A DNA stretch of 63,011 nt, filler included, from Octopus bimaculoides (GCF_001194135.2; 8 parts of 8 records of this genome joined end to end with filler, not necessarily neighbours in it); one strand, 5' to 3'. Shown: positions 50,505 to 63,011, numbered from the whole stretch's first letter. The notes: generated from the letters alone by a model not told the origin. Made by a program: numbers and translations.

Positions 50505-51985
50505 TTTTAATCTTTTATTCTTTTACTTGTTTCAGTCGTTTTAGTCGAAGAAATCGATCCCAGGACTTAATTCTTTGAAAGCTTAGCACTTATTCTATCG
50601 GTTTTTTTTTTTTTGCCGAACCGCTATATTACGGGAACGGAACACACAAACATTGGTTGCCAAGCGATGGTAGGGGAACAAACAGACGCACAGACANNNN
50701 NNNNNNNNNNNNNNNNNNNNNNNNNNNNNNNNNNNNNNNNNNNNNNNNNNNNNNNNNNNNNNNNNNNNNNNNNNNNNNNNNNNNNNNNNNNNNNNNNNNN
50801 NNNNNNNNNNNNNNNNNNNNNNNNNNNNNNNNNNNNNNNNNNNNNNNNNNNNNNNNNNNNNNNNNNNNNNNNNNNNNNNNNNNNNNNNNNNNNNNNNNNN
50901 NNNNNNNNNNNNNNNNNNNNNNNNNNNNNNNNNNNNNNNNNNNNNNNNNNNNNNNNNNNNNNNNNNNNNNNNNNNNNNNNNNNNNNNNNNNNNNNNNNNN
51001 NNNNNNNNNNNNNNNNNNNNNNNNNNNNNNNNNNNNNNNNNNNNNNNNNNNNNNNNNNNNNNNNNNNNNNNNNNNNNNNNNNNNNNNNNNNNNNNNNNNN
51101 NNNNNNNNNNNNNNNNNNNNNNNNNNNNNNNNNNNNNNNNNNNNNNNNNNNNNNNNNNNNNNNNNNNNNNNNNNNNNNNNNNNNNNNNNNNNNNNNNNNN
51201 NNNNNNNNNNNNNNNNNNNNNNNNNNNNNNNNNNNNNNNNNNNNNNNNNNNNNNNNNNNNNNNNNNNNNNNNNNNNNNNNNNNNNNNNNNNNNNNNNNNN
51301 NNNNNNNNNNNNNNNNNNNNNNNNNNNNNNNNNNNNNNNNNNNNNNNNNNNNNNNNNNNNNNNNNNNNNNNNNNNNNNNNNNNNNNNNNNNNNNNNNNNN
51401 NNNNNNNNNNNNNNNNNNNNNNNNNNNNNNNNNNNNNNNNNNNNNNNNNNNNNNNNNNNNNNNNNNNNNNNNNNNNNNNNNNNNNNNNNNNNNNNNNNNN
51501 NNNNNNNNNNNNNNNNNNNNNNNNNNNNNNNNNNNNNNNNNNNNNNNNNNNNNNNNNNNNNNNNNNNNNNNNNNNNNNNNNNNNNNNNNNNNNNNNNNNN
51601 NNNNNNNNNNNNNNNNNNNNNNNNNNNNNNNNNNACTTTTATTCCTTTACTTGTCTCAGTCATTTGACAGCAGCCATACTGTGGCACCGTCTTGAAGGGT
51701 ATTAGTTGAAGAAATCGACTCCATGACTTATTATTTGTGAGCCTAGTACCTATTCTATCGGTATCCTTTGCTGAACCGCTAAGTTACGGGGACATAAACA
51801 CACACACACACATATATATATATACATATACGACGGGCTTCTTTCAGTTTCCGTCCACCAAATCTATTCAGAAGGCTCTGGTCGGCCCGAGGTTATAGTA
51901 GAAGACACTTGCCCAAAGTGTTATGCAGTGAGATTGAACCCGGAGCCATGTGGTTGGGAAGCAAGCTTCTTACCACACAACCATG
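50505..51985 (-). mobile_element. SINE family B tail, gap, then a full copy (51635-51985)
   Basis: Family consensus match. Confidence 0.85.
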
Positions 51986-52004
51986 TGTGTATGTATATAT
52001 GTAA

Positions 52005-52038
<34 letters not shown>

Positions 52039-52387
52039 ATTCGTGTGCATGCATGTATATATTGCATATTATATTAATTATATTGTTTCCGATCCTGTCT
52101 GTCAGTAAATGAATGCATCAGCAAATACAATGTTCTTTACTATAAACATCCAATAAACTCACTCAAGATGTAATACATTTGGTCGAGGAGATACTCGAGT
52201 CAATGCGCATGTCTAACAGAAAAAAAAACCGACGCGTACATACTAGCATTCTCGCAAACACATACACACACTTACTCATAAATTAATGTCTGCTTATGAA
52301 AATGTCTGTATAGATGTATGTATATGTTTGTTTATATATATATATATGTATATATATGTATATATACATGTATGCGCATGTGTTTGT

Positions 52388-52428
<41 letters not shown>

Positions 52429-52595
52429 TGTGCATATATTAGAGGGATCAAGAGCGATTTATTAAGAACGCTTCCCCATAATCATTGTTCTAGGCTTGCA
52501 AGCGCGTAAACAAGCATTCACGCGCACGCGCATACAATCATGTAAGTTATATATACTTCAGATGATTTCAAATCTGCATAATTAGAGAGAAAGTC

Positions 52596-52644
<49 letters not shown>

Positions 52645-53185
52645 TGTGTGTTTGTGTATGTGTGTGTATGTATATATATANNNNNNNNNNNNNNNNNNNN
52701 NNNNNNNNNNNNNNNNNNNNNNNNNNNNNNNNNNNNNNNNNNNNNNNNNNNNNNNNNNNNNNNNNNNNNNNNNNNNNNNNNNNNNNNNNNNNNNNNNNNN
52801 NNNNNNNNNNNNNNNNNNNNNNNNNNNNNNNNNNNNNNNNNNNNNNNNNNNNNNNNNNNNNNNNNNNNNNNNNNNNNNNNNNNNNNNNNNNNNNNNNNNN
52901 NNNNNNNNNNNNNNNNNNNNNNNNNNNNNNNNNNNNNNNNNNNNNNNNNNNNNNNNNNNNNNNNNNNNNNNNNNNNNNNNNNNNNNNNNNNNNNNNNNNN
53001 NNNNNNNNNNNNNNNNNNNNNNNNNNNNNNNNNNNNNNNNNNNNNNNNNNNNNNNNNNNNNNNNNNNNNNNNNNNNNNNNNNNNNNNNNNNNNNNNNNNN
53101 NNNNNNNNNNNNNNNNNNNNNNNNNNNNNNNNNNNNNNNNNNNNNNNNNNNNNNNNNNNNNNNNNNNNNNNNNNNNNNNNNNNNN

Positions 53186-53241
<56 letters not shown>

Positions 53242-53856
53242 GGACATGTACATATACATACATGCATATATATACATTTACATAGATGCATATATATACA
53301 TATATGCATGTACATGTACATGCAATTGTAAGTGTATATCTGATTATTTTGGCGTATGTTTGTGTGTTTTTTATAGAACATCTAGAATAACACACATCAG
53401 ACACTCCATCACCTCGAAACAAAGATATAGTGAAGTAAAGCAAATAATCCATGTTTATTTGACGATAAAAATACTGTAATCTAGTATAATTCTATGGTAT
53501 TATTTCTCAATCGGTTGCCAAGTACATTCGCTACAAAGAATATGGTAAGTCTTTTACACAATCCCCAACCTCATCGGATCTGGAGATGTCTTGTTTAATT
53601 GTTACAGAACGTTATCATGTTTATGTGGCCGTAGTAAATGCTGGTATGGCTGTGAGGGTGTATATATGTATATATATATTGTGTATACATGGTGGGTGTA
53701 TATGTGTAAGTATGAGAGCGCGTGTATGTAAGAAGAGCTGTTTCTTTTACTCTGCGTTTCTCTCTCTCTTTCCGTCTCCCACTCTCTCCGTCTCCGTCTC
53801 TCTCCGTCTCTCTCCGTCTCTCTCCGTCTCTCTCTCTCTGTTTCTGTCTGTCTGTA

Positions 53857-53930
<74 letters not shown>

Positions 53931-54029
53931 CCCAGATACAATATTTATGTATGTATGTCTATATCTACATCTATATATATATATANNNNNNNNNNNNNNN
54001 NNNNNNNNNNNNNNNNNNNNNNNNNNNNN

Positions 54030-54041
54030 TTAATTAATTAA
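54030..54041. other. Synthetic scaffold linker
   Basis: TTAATTAATTAA inside an N block. Confidence 0.95.
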
Positions 54042-54394
54042 NNNNNNNNNNNNNNNNNNNNNNNNNNNNNNNNNNNNNNNNNNNNCCGATAGAATAAGTA
54101 CTAGGCTTCCAAAGAATAAGTCCTGGGGTCGATTTCTTCGACTAAAGGCGGTGCTCCAGCATGGCCGCAGTCAAAAGACTGAAACAAGTAAAAGAGTAAA
54201 TACAAATCTTTAGTTATACATCTTTAGAGGTGAGAATAACGAGCTGTCGAGTATAAGACCGAAAGATGTAGGGACAGCTTTAAACATACGTCCATGCTCA
54301 ATCGCTGGCCAGCGTGAAAGAGAATGAATTGAGCGGGAGACGCTTGCTTGTTTAATTTTACGCATGCGTAAGACTACGCATGCGCAGGCGTTAC

Positions 54395-54953
54395 TACATG
54401 CTCAATGGTCAGCAGATGTGGGACAAACTTGGCAGAGACACACCGCATGTTCAATCCAGACGTTATAATTGCTTAAACGGACCCATACAACAGACCAACA
54501 GCATCAGCAATTGTCCTTCAACGATCTTATGCACAAGCTGATAAATTTTCTCCACATTTCCGAGGTTGACCTTCGTGGCAAGTCTTCCAATCGCTCATCT
54601 TCTGCGTTTGTAGCGCCCGTGTCACTCGAAATATTGCGTACGACCCATTGCCTCGTCACCGTGAGGTTGCTGAAGCATGTTCAAATGTCTCTGTAGCAGA
54701 CTTCCCAAGACTGAATCAAAATTTCACGTTGCCTGTTTGTTTCAACTTCCTGTCCATAACAAAATAGCAGATTACAGCAAACACGTGATCACAAAAACAC
54801 GAATTTCATGACTTGCGAAGTAAACACAGTGATGTCACTCGGCATACTGCCTCGTGAAAGTCACTGCTAGCTCTCACTGCGCACGCAACGGTGTGCTGAC
54901 ATCTGTTGGCGCGCTACAGAACTAGTCCTGGAACTTTTTGATACCACCTCATA
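54395..54953 (-). mobile_element. Mariner 5' part (TIR plus N-terminal transposase)
   Basis: TIR TATGAGGTGGTATCAAAAAGTTCC; VKF*FSLGKSATETF..STSENVEKI..SAKFVPHLLT. Confidence 0.85.
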
Positions 54954-55309
54954 TATATATATATATAGACACACACACATATGTATATATGTATGTATGT
55001 ATGTGGGGTGGAGCACGTCTCCGTTTTTCTCCCCTCGCCTAGACGACCGATATTGTTTTATTTATATACCTGTAAATTACATGTTCGGCAAGAAAATACG
55101 TTAGAATAAAGTGCCAGACTAAAAAAAAAGTGCTGTGTTCGGTTTGACCGACTTAAACCCTTAAAAGTGGTGCTGCAGCATAGCCGCAGTCAAACGATTG
55201 AAACAAGTAGGAGAATAAAGAATATGGTAAATATAGAGCTAAATTTATTATGCTAATACCTTCGGGAAAGGCATCAATGTGTATTCTGAAACAGTATTCA
55301 TCACCTATA

Positions 55310-55570
55310 AATAAATAAGTTTGACTATAGTCAATTCAAACATGAACACGCAAGAAAAAACACGAAAAAAAACACGAAAAAGCAACAACGCGAGGGCGTG
55401 GAATAAGTACAGTGTTATTGGACGCTCAGGAAAGGAAAGAAAAGAACGAGGATTTCACGTTCGAGCGGAGCTCTTCATCAGAAATATAGGAAAAGTCCAA
55501 AGAAAGGAAGACCGAGAAAGAAAATCGCCAACGATACACACGCGGTCACATATTGGTATTCAGTGTTAGA
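55310..55570 (-). mobile_element. Penelope-associated repeat fragment with a degenerate hammerhead (55452-55485)
   Basis: Reverse complement ATTT-CTGATGA-A-GAGC(TCC)GCTC-GAA-CGTG-AAAT; one core A is missing. Confidence 0.55.
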
Positions 55571-55779
55571 TTAACCTAGTAAAATGAGTGATAAATGCTA
55601 CAGTCCAACGCTAATTGCTTGCAAGTTATTGATTCTGATACAATATTCCTGCATTTACTTTATTACGATTGTACTGAGTGTTTAAGGTCGATCAAATATT
55701 TAAATAACCAGAATATTTTCAAGATCAATATTCTTTATACGACCATCCATCTATCCTGTTTCTCCACCAATTATTCCTA

Positions 55780-56150
55780 GGCTGGTCGTGGGAATAGAGT
55801 CGTCAGACACCTCCTCCATAAAGTTCAATCAAAAGCAACCGTAGTTACACTTTCCTATTGAATTCCTAAGCGTGGCTAACTGAGACTCTGGATATTATCC
55901 AACCGTCTCGTTCTTGCTCTACGCTTAGCTCTCTTGCCGGTTGGCTTGGCTTGAATAATCCGTCCTGTGATTCTTTCCTAAGACATTCTAATCAAATGTC
56001 CATAGTGACGGAGCAATGCAGAAAAGTAGTTGTTCCACCTGGAGAGACTCTCGTATATCCGAGCTACGCATCTTGTTGAGTAACGTTACATTAGTAATCC
56101 TTTGGATGAACCCCGTTTCGGCTGCTCGCATTCATGATTGTACTCTTTTG
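55780..56150 (-). mobile_element. RTE-clade (Rex3/Expander-like) LINE C-terminal remnant
   Basis: RSSDIRESLQVEQLL..GHLIRMS*ERI..KPTGKRAKRRARTR..RLGI..LFPRP. Confidence 0.85.
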
Positions 56151-56379
56151 GTTATTACATAACATTCGTGACTATAGATGACGATAGTTAAGAAAAACAG
56201 AATTGAACTTAATGAGTTTTACTTTTTTTATTAACCTCTCTTCTTCAGTACACTTTAAAATTAAGTAAACCGCAAATATCAAATTGAATGGCAATGATAA
56301 ACGGAAGGTTTACTATACTTTTTTCTATTTCCCTATTTCGAAGCACATTTCACTACACAATAACTGAGTTTAATTATTG

Positions 56380-56543
56380 TTTTTCTCATAAGTGGTCTCT
56401 AATTAAGACTTAAAACCCGCAGTTTTGATGGAAGGGGGTTGGTTTGTATCATCGATCCAAATATTTGACTGATACTTTATTCTGTCAACTCCCGAAGAGA
56501 TGATGGATAAAGTTGACTTCGGGCCCCATTCGAACTCAGAACA
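56380..56543 (-). mobile_element. SINE family A
   Basis: Reverse-complement core. Confidence 0.7.
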
Positions 56544-57017
56544 TAAAGAAGATAGAAGAGACGGGCTATAAGTACTTGGGGGTATTGGAAATGGATAAAT
56601 TGACGAAGAAAGAAATGACAGAAAAATTTAATGTGGCGGACTTGCGCAGACTGAGACTGATCCTTAAGTCGAAGTTAAACGGACGGAATAAGAGTGAAGC
56701 TATCAACACCTGGGCGGTTTCACTCCTTAGATATGGAGCAGGGGTAATCGCATGAACAGTAGATGAACTAAACAGCTTAGACAGAAAGACAAGGAAGTTG
56801 CTAACTAGATATGGGTCACACCACCCAAAAAGTGACACAGACAGACTGTATGTACCAAGAAAAAGAGGGGGAACAGGACTTATTGGATGCAAACACAGCA
56901 TTAGAGCAGAAGAAAACAACATAGCATGGTATGTAAAAAATGCCACAGAACCGCTATTATTAGAAGTAAAAAGGTCAGGCTTGTGTAGGATGAAAGATTG
57001 CAAAGATAAAGCACTAT
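56544..57017 (+). mobile_element. R4/Dong-like RT C-terminal/thumb remnant
   Basis: GYKYLGVLE..KLNGRNK..AINTWAVSLLRYGAG..HHPKSDTDRLYVPRKRGGTGL; one stop. Confidence 0.9.
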
Positions 57018-57061
57018 NNNNNNNNNNNNNNNNNNNNNNNNNNNNNNNNNNNNNNNNNNNN

Positions 57062-57073
57062 TTAATTAATTAA
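57062..57073. other. Synthetic scaffold linker
   Basis: TTAATTAATTAA inside an N block. Confidence 0.95.
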
Positions 57074-57839
57074 NNNNNNNNNNNNNNNNNNNNNNNNNNN
57101 NNNNNNNNNNNNNNNNNATTATATTTGTTCTGTTTTTTGTTTTTGTTTTGCATTTTTCTTTCTGCCACCACAAATCCATTCACCTCATTAATCAACACCA
57201 TTAAATCAACCGTTATTAACTACATCCTTACATTTCTCTAAACAACCAACTGAATTTCCAGGATTATATGCATTTAGGCTAAGTCTTTACAAATAGCCTC
57301 CTTCCACAACTTCTACCAACTCTTTACTAATGTGCTCCACCCACTTCTGTCTTATTTTCTAAGAATATATCTATATAAACACAACGCTTAATAGAATCAC
57401 CAATAACTGTTTTTATCTCCTATTCTTTACTCGTTTCATTCATGGGACTGCGGCCACGCTGGGGCACCACCTTGGAGGGTTTAGTCCAGTGGCTTTTAAC
57501 CTCTTTTCATAGCGCCCCACGTTTATGTAGTTAAGTCTATCGCCCACCTAAGTGTCGAGTGTATATCGCGATTAAACTGACTTAACAGGGATGATGATTC
57601 ATAAATTTTACTCTAAACATGGATTGTATAAGTTTTCAACAGTGAAATGATAAAAAATAAAGAAAGACATAAGTTGTGAATTTACTTCATACATTGCAGG
57701 TCAATGACTTCCCAGTCCCTGATGCGATCTCATTTTATTTTATTAACCATCATTAGGTTTATCATGTATAATACGATTATATTATATATCATGTATAATA
57801 TAATTACTACTATAAGTAAAATTTAGTATTCCTTTAGCC

Positions 57840-58135
57840 ATTTACTTGTTTCAGTCATTTGACTAGAGCCATGCTGGAGCACCACCTTAAAGGGTTTTAG
57901 TCGAAGAAATCGATCTCAGTACTTATGTTTGTCCACCCACCATTGCTTGACAGCTGGTGTTGGTATGTTTACGTCCCCGTAACTTAGCAGTTCACCAAAA
58001 GGAGCCGATAGAATAAGTACTAGGCTTACAAAGAAAGATAAGTCCTGGGGTCGATGTCTTCAAAGCAGTGCACCAGCATGGCTGCAGTCAAATGACTGAA
58101 ACAAGTAAAAGATAAAGATATATATATATATATAC

Positions 58136-58188
<53 letters not shown>

Positions 58189-58239
58189 NNNNNNNNNNNN
58201 NNNNNNNNNNNNNNNNNNNNNNNNNNNNNNNNNNNNNNN

Positions 58240-58271
<32 letters not shown>

Positions 58272-58420
58272 ACGGGTTTCTTTCAGTTTCTGTGTACCAT
58301 ACCCACTCACAAAGCTTTGGTCAGCCTGATGCTATAGTAGAAGACACTTGCCCAAGATGCCACGCAGTGAGATTGAACCTGGAACCATGCTGTTAAGAAG
58401 CAAGCTACTTATCACACAAC
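57840..58420. mobile_element. Cluster of SINE family B tails and head in both orientations
   Basis: Minus tail ~57840-57930, plus tail ~57930-58115, minus head ~58268-58420. Confidence 0.8.
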
Positions 58421-58544
58421 CATCCATCCATCCATACATACATACATACATACATGGCTGTGTATGTGTAGGATGCAAATAATATTACGAATGATGACGT
58501 AAGACAGTAGGTGCATACAATTAGCGCTCAAGTTGACTTGCTAC

Positions 58545-58900
58545 CGAAAACAGCAACTAACGCCGGGCAAAATGCTTAGTAGCATATAGTTCGTCTGCAC
58601 GTTTTGAGTTCAAATTCTGGCGTGGTCGGCTTTGCTTTTCATCCTTTCGAGTTCGATAAATTAAGTACCAGTGAAACACTGAGGTCGATGTAATCGACTT
58701 GTCTTCTCCTCAAAAATTTCAGGCATTGTGCCTACAGTAGAAAGGATTATTTTTAAAGCAGCGAGCTGGTAGAATCGTTAGAACGTCTGACAAAATTCTT
58801 AGAAACATTTCTTCTGAGCCTTTACGTTTGGGGTTCAAATTACCCCGAGGTCAACTCTGTGTTTCAACTCTTTGGATACACTGGGGTCGATATAAGCAGA
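58545..58900 (+). mobile_element. Two tandem SINE family A copies
   Basis: Two cores. Confidence 0.8.
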
Positions 58901-59099
58901 TAATCACCCCACTTGAGCCAAAATTTCACACGATTATTGTTGTTATTACTGTTGTTATTGCTGCTATTTTCTGTTGTTTCACAGAATCGGTGTTCTCTCC
59001 GGTTTAATCGTGCTTCCATTCAAACCAAAAACCGTGGTCTAGGATAAAGAACCTTGTGTACTTTTATATAAATGTTAGTTATTTTTTCTGCTCTGTAAA

Positions 59100-59345
59100 T
59101 GTGTTTTTACTTCATATTGAATACGTTCCACATAATTCTTGTTCCCAGTAAACATGTTTTCTGCATTGTACCCACTCCCATCAAGTTTTACAAGTTTTGT
59201 TCTCAAATTCATTGCCACAGTTCCCAAGTCTTCCATGATAATAACATGATCCTGTTAACTTGTCTCTTCTTACCCTTGAGAATTTCATACAAGTCGGTAT
59301 TATATTCCACTTTTCTTTTTCCTTTCTCTTGCGCTAGTATCCAAT
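59100..59345 (-). mobile_element. Highly decayed R4/Dong-like C-terminus
   Basis: DLGTVAMNL..MQKTCLLGTRI resembles the LGT..QKxxLLGTAxILR motif. Confidence 0.6.
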
Positions 59346-59759
59346 GGGCAGGTATTCTAATAACAGTTGGTCCAAATTTTTGTCCATGGCCAACAATTTT
59401 AGGTTAGGGGGACAGTCGATTACATTGGCCCCATTGCTCAGCTGATACTTATTTTCTCAACCTCGAAAGGATGAAAGACGAAGTCAAGAACTCCTTAACG
59501 ACATGTTGTTTATTCTTGGGACCCATTATTTGCTTGAAATAAAGAAGAATAGGGTTAAGAGAACAGAGAAAAAGAGCTACTACAGAGTTACCACAGATGA
59601 AAAGTTCCTTTAGCAACATGTGCAGTTTGAACGACCGATATCTACTATTTAAAAAGCTAGGACAACATACACATTCATAAATATTTGCACACACACACAC
59701 ATTGTTTGTTTTTGATTTTGTCGACTACACAGTATAGTAGGGTCAGTTGGGGACCGTCT

Positions 59760-60501
59760 GTGAGAAAAACAGCACCATGCCAGAAATTTAGAAACGACAT
59801 GCTAAACTGCTGAGCATTCGCGCCGGAAGCTCCAATACGAACATTTCAGAGTGTTTGGGTGTCAATCTGAGGACACGTATCGAGGATGATAAAAATCATC
59901 CAGTCAACATCATGGCGTTTGGAGTGATCACTAGTGATGGTGACATTACGCCTCCATTAGTCTTCCCACACGACCTCAGACTCAACACAGGGGCCTACAT
60001 CAAGTGCCTGGAGGAGGTAGTGTTGCCTTAGATAAAGAGGGTGGCTGTTGGAAGACCCTATGTCTGGCAACAGGACTCTGCACCATGCTACACAATCAAG
60101 AGAACCCATTCATTACTGTCAGACAATTTCTGCGACCACATCACCCCTAACATCTGACCACCTAACTCCTCAGACTGAAACCCCCTTGATTATTATATGT
60201 GGGGTACAGTTGAGCGAAGGACCAACAAAACTCCTAGTAACACCAAAGATGAACTAAAGACAAGGATTATGGCAGCATTCACCAACGTAAACAAGGAGAC
60301 GGTCCAGAAGAGTTGCAGGAGATTCCGAAGTCGTCTGGAGGCCGTGGTTGAAGTCAGTGGCGATTTTATGGAATAAATTTACTCTTTAGTATTTCAAGAT
60401 ATTTTCATATAATTTTGGTAAATATATCTGTTAAAATGAGATGTCAGTGTTATTTTCATTTTTGCGTATTCACCGATAACTTATTTACCGAACTCTGCAT
60501 A
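59760..60501 (+). mobile_element. maT (DD37D) transposon remnant, internally deleted
   Basis: HPVNIMAFGVITSDGD..WQQDSAP-(37 aa)-DYY..RSRLEAVVEVSGDFME; TIR-like end followed by TA. Confidence 0.9.
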
Positions 60502-60504
60502 TTC

Positions 60505-60850
60505 ATGCTCAGGCGAGGCTATGTAGTAAGACGTTTGCTTCCAACCGCTTGTTTCTGGTTTCAGTCTCACCGTGTGCCATCTTGGGCAAGTGTTCTTTGG
60601 TATAGCCCCGGGCCGACCAAAGTCTTGTGCGTGGATTTGTTGAACGGAAACCGAAAGATGCCCATCATAAATGTATGTATGTATGTATGTATGAATGCAT
60701 GCATGTATGTATGTATGTATGTATGTATGCATGCATGTATGTATGTATGTATGTATGTATGTATGTATGCCTGCATGTATGTATGTATGTATGTATGTAT
60801 GCATGTATGTATGTATGTATGTATGTATGTATGTATGTATGTATGTGAGA
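60505..60850 (+). mobile_element. SINE family B head running into (GTAT)n
   Basis: CTTGGGCAAGTGT core followed by the microsatellite. Confidence 0.85.
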
Positions 60851-61083
60851 AAGAAAAAGTGGCAGACAAAGATTCTGTGACAAAAACAGGCGGACTAACA
60901 GACAGACAGCTATATATGTAACCTTTACCAGTCGTCTCTTTTAGATACCCCATATTATCTGCGTTCTGTCGATCACCTTGACCTAACAGCTACTCGTATT
61001 TCACGTCTTTCATGCAAAACTACAACACGTGCGCTGACACATATACATATAGACATGCATGTATGTCAACAGCTTGTATAAAT

Positions 61084-61171
<88 letters not shown>

Positions 61172-61543
61172 TGGAAGTAAACTTGAAACTGACATCTGGG
61201 TAGATTTGCTGACAATATACTGTTGACTGCATATAAAAAGTTATAGAAACACAGACATGCTCGTACAAACTCACAAACAAACACACGCAAACACACAGTA
61301 ATACACACACACACACACACACACACATACTAATATACACGCATACAAACACACGCACCTGCGCACACATAAGCATACATATACTCGGACACCCGCATTC
61401 ACAAAAACACATAACTTTATAACGAAGTAATCATTTCGTAACATGCAAATATGTGTATACATATCGATATGTATATATACACACGCACAACCATACTCAN
61501 NNNNNNNNNNNNNNNNNNNNNNNNNNNNNNNNNNNNNNNNNNN

Positions 61544-61555
61544 TTAATTAATTAA
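61544..61555. other. Synthetic scaffold linker
   Basis: TTAATTAATTAA inside an N block. Confidence 0.95.
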
Positions 61556-61599
61556 NNNNNNNNNNNNNNNNNNNNNNNNNNNNNNNNNNNNNNNNNNNN

Positions 61600-61830
61600 T
61601 GTGTATGTTTGTGTCTGTGTTTGTCGCCCCCAACACCATCGTTTGACAACCGATGTGGTGTGTTTACGTCTCCGTAACTTAGCTGTTAGGCAAAAGCAAC
61701 CGATAGAATGAGTACTAGGCGTACAAAGAATAAATCCTGGGGTCGATTTCTTCGACTAAAAAAAAAACACCCTTTAAGGCGGTGCTCCAGCATGGGCGCA
61801 GTCAGGTGATAGAAACAAGTAAAAGAATAT
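61600..61830 (+). mobile_element. SINE family B tail
   Basis: Family consensus match. Confidence 0.85.
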
Positions 61831-62334
61831 TACACACACACACACACATACTTACATACATACACACAGAAGCATACACACACATATATCGATTGATCTA
61901 TCAACCCATTTACACGTACGGTCACATATATACATACACGTATCCATATCAGGTTTTGAATTTAGCTTACTTTAAATCCCATGGCATATCATCCTTATAG
62001 CCGATACCTCGATTTTTGCACATGGCAGCGATCAAATATAGTTTTAAATTATTTTTCTTATCCTCAACGGAGCTGAATTCATCCATGTTTACAAACTGGG
62101 TCGTTCACACCTATCTGTACTTCTCGGCCTTTCTGCGTCGCTTTCTGTGTCGCTTTAGTTTCGTTTCAATCTGAAACAAGTGTTTTGCTTATAAACAGGG
62201 TTACAGTTTTAGTCGTTGTCGCTGCTGCTTAATCTGTTACATTATCATTGTGACAATGGACGTGCTCTCTATATATGTCTATAATTCATAAGTGGTTTAC
62301 ACTATGTTGACATTACACACACACACACACACAC

Positions 62335-62397
<63 letters not shown>

Positions 62398-62764
62398 CAC
62401 ACATATATACATACATATATACATACATATATACATACATATATACATACATATATACATATATATATACATACATACATATAGGTCCCTCTCTCTGTCT
62501 CTGTCTCTCTCTCTTAATATATACATATACATCTATACATATACATATATACATTAACATCTATAAATATACATCTATATATATACATCTATATCTATAC
62601 ATATATATATATACATACATAAATGTATACACACACACATACACACACACACACACACATATATNNNNNNNNNNNNNNNNNNNNNNNNNNNNNNNNNNNN
62701 NNNNNNNNNNNNNNNNNNNNNNNNNNNNNNNNNNNNNNNNNNNNNNNNNNNNNNNNNNNNNNNN

Positions 62765-62985
62765 TCTGGGAATCGAAACCGCGATCCTCCGACCGCGAGT
62801 GCGCTGCCCTAACCACTGGACCATTGCGCCTCCCAGTTTTCGCAAACCAAATTCATTCACAGAGCATTTGTCGGCCTCGGGGTATAATAGAAAACAATTG
62901 CCTAAGGTGCTGTACAGTGGGACTGAACCCGAAAGCTACGTGGCTGCAAAGCGAACTTCTTAACCACACAGCCAAACTTGCGTCT
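62765..62985 (-). mobile_element. tRNA-like SINE D head (62765-62830) and SINE B head (62830-62985)
   Basis: Reverse complement GGAGGCGCAATGGTCCAGTGGTTAGG..GTTTCGATTCCCAGA (A and B boxes) with no pairing anticodon stem. Confidence 0.8.
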
Positions 62986-63011
62986 GTATGGCTGCAAAAA
63001 AAAAAAAAAAA

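Noticed and set aside
53486-53545. Strong GTAAGT donor after ..AKYIRYKEY
   Set aside because: The protein-like frame has a stop right after the nearest AG, and there is no supporting exon context
62765-62830. Possible tRNA gene
   Set aside because: A and B boxes are present but the cloverleaf stems do not pair; it matches the SINE D head
3453-62963. Long ORFs such as MYVC.., HTYI.., poly-D/M/H, SIYL and those spanning X runs
   Set aside because: They are translations of microsatellites or N gaps that lack stop codons

Overview
This is AT-rich eukaryotic, repeat-dominated draft-assembly DNA. The SINE families and the microsatellite density suggest an octopus-like cephalopod, which is an inference. 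It contains about 30 N-gaps, seven of them synthetic 44N-TTAATTAATTAA-44N joins, so the window is a mosaic of about 8 scaffold pieces. I found no intact gene, rRNA, tRNA gene or CRISPR array, and nearly all long ORFs in the track are microsatellite or N-run artefacts. Recognisable content: many tRNA-derived SINEs from at least 4 families; an abundant (AAT)n-flanked non-coding retroelement; decayed R4/Dong-like, RTE and Penelope retrotransposons; mariner, maT/DD37D, DUF4817-type Tc1/mariner, pogo-type MITE and hAT/Buster remnants; and one good splice-bounded exon candidate (37765-37861). The most interesting signals are (1) hammerhead-ribozyme motifs, above all an intact core at 7808-7891 with an unusually long stem II, directly downstream of a GC-rich hairpin minisatellite that shares its CCCTATGG loop motif; (2) two diverged copies of a module made of an ACTAAY array, a CRE, an E-box and a GTAAGT donor; and (3) a ~208-bp inverted repeat pair. 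All alignments, translations and folds were done by eye.
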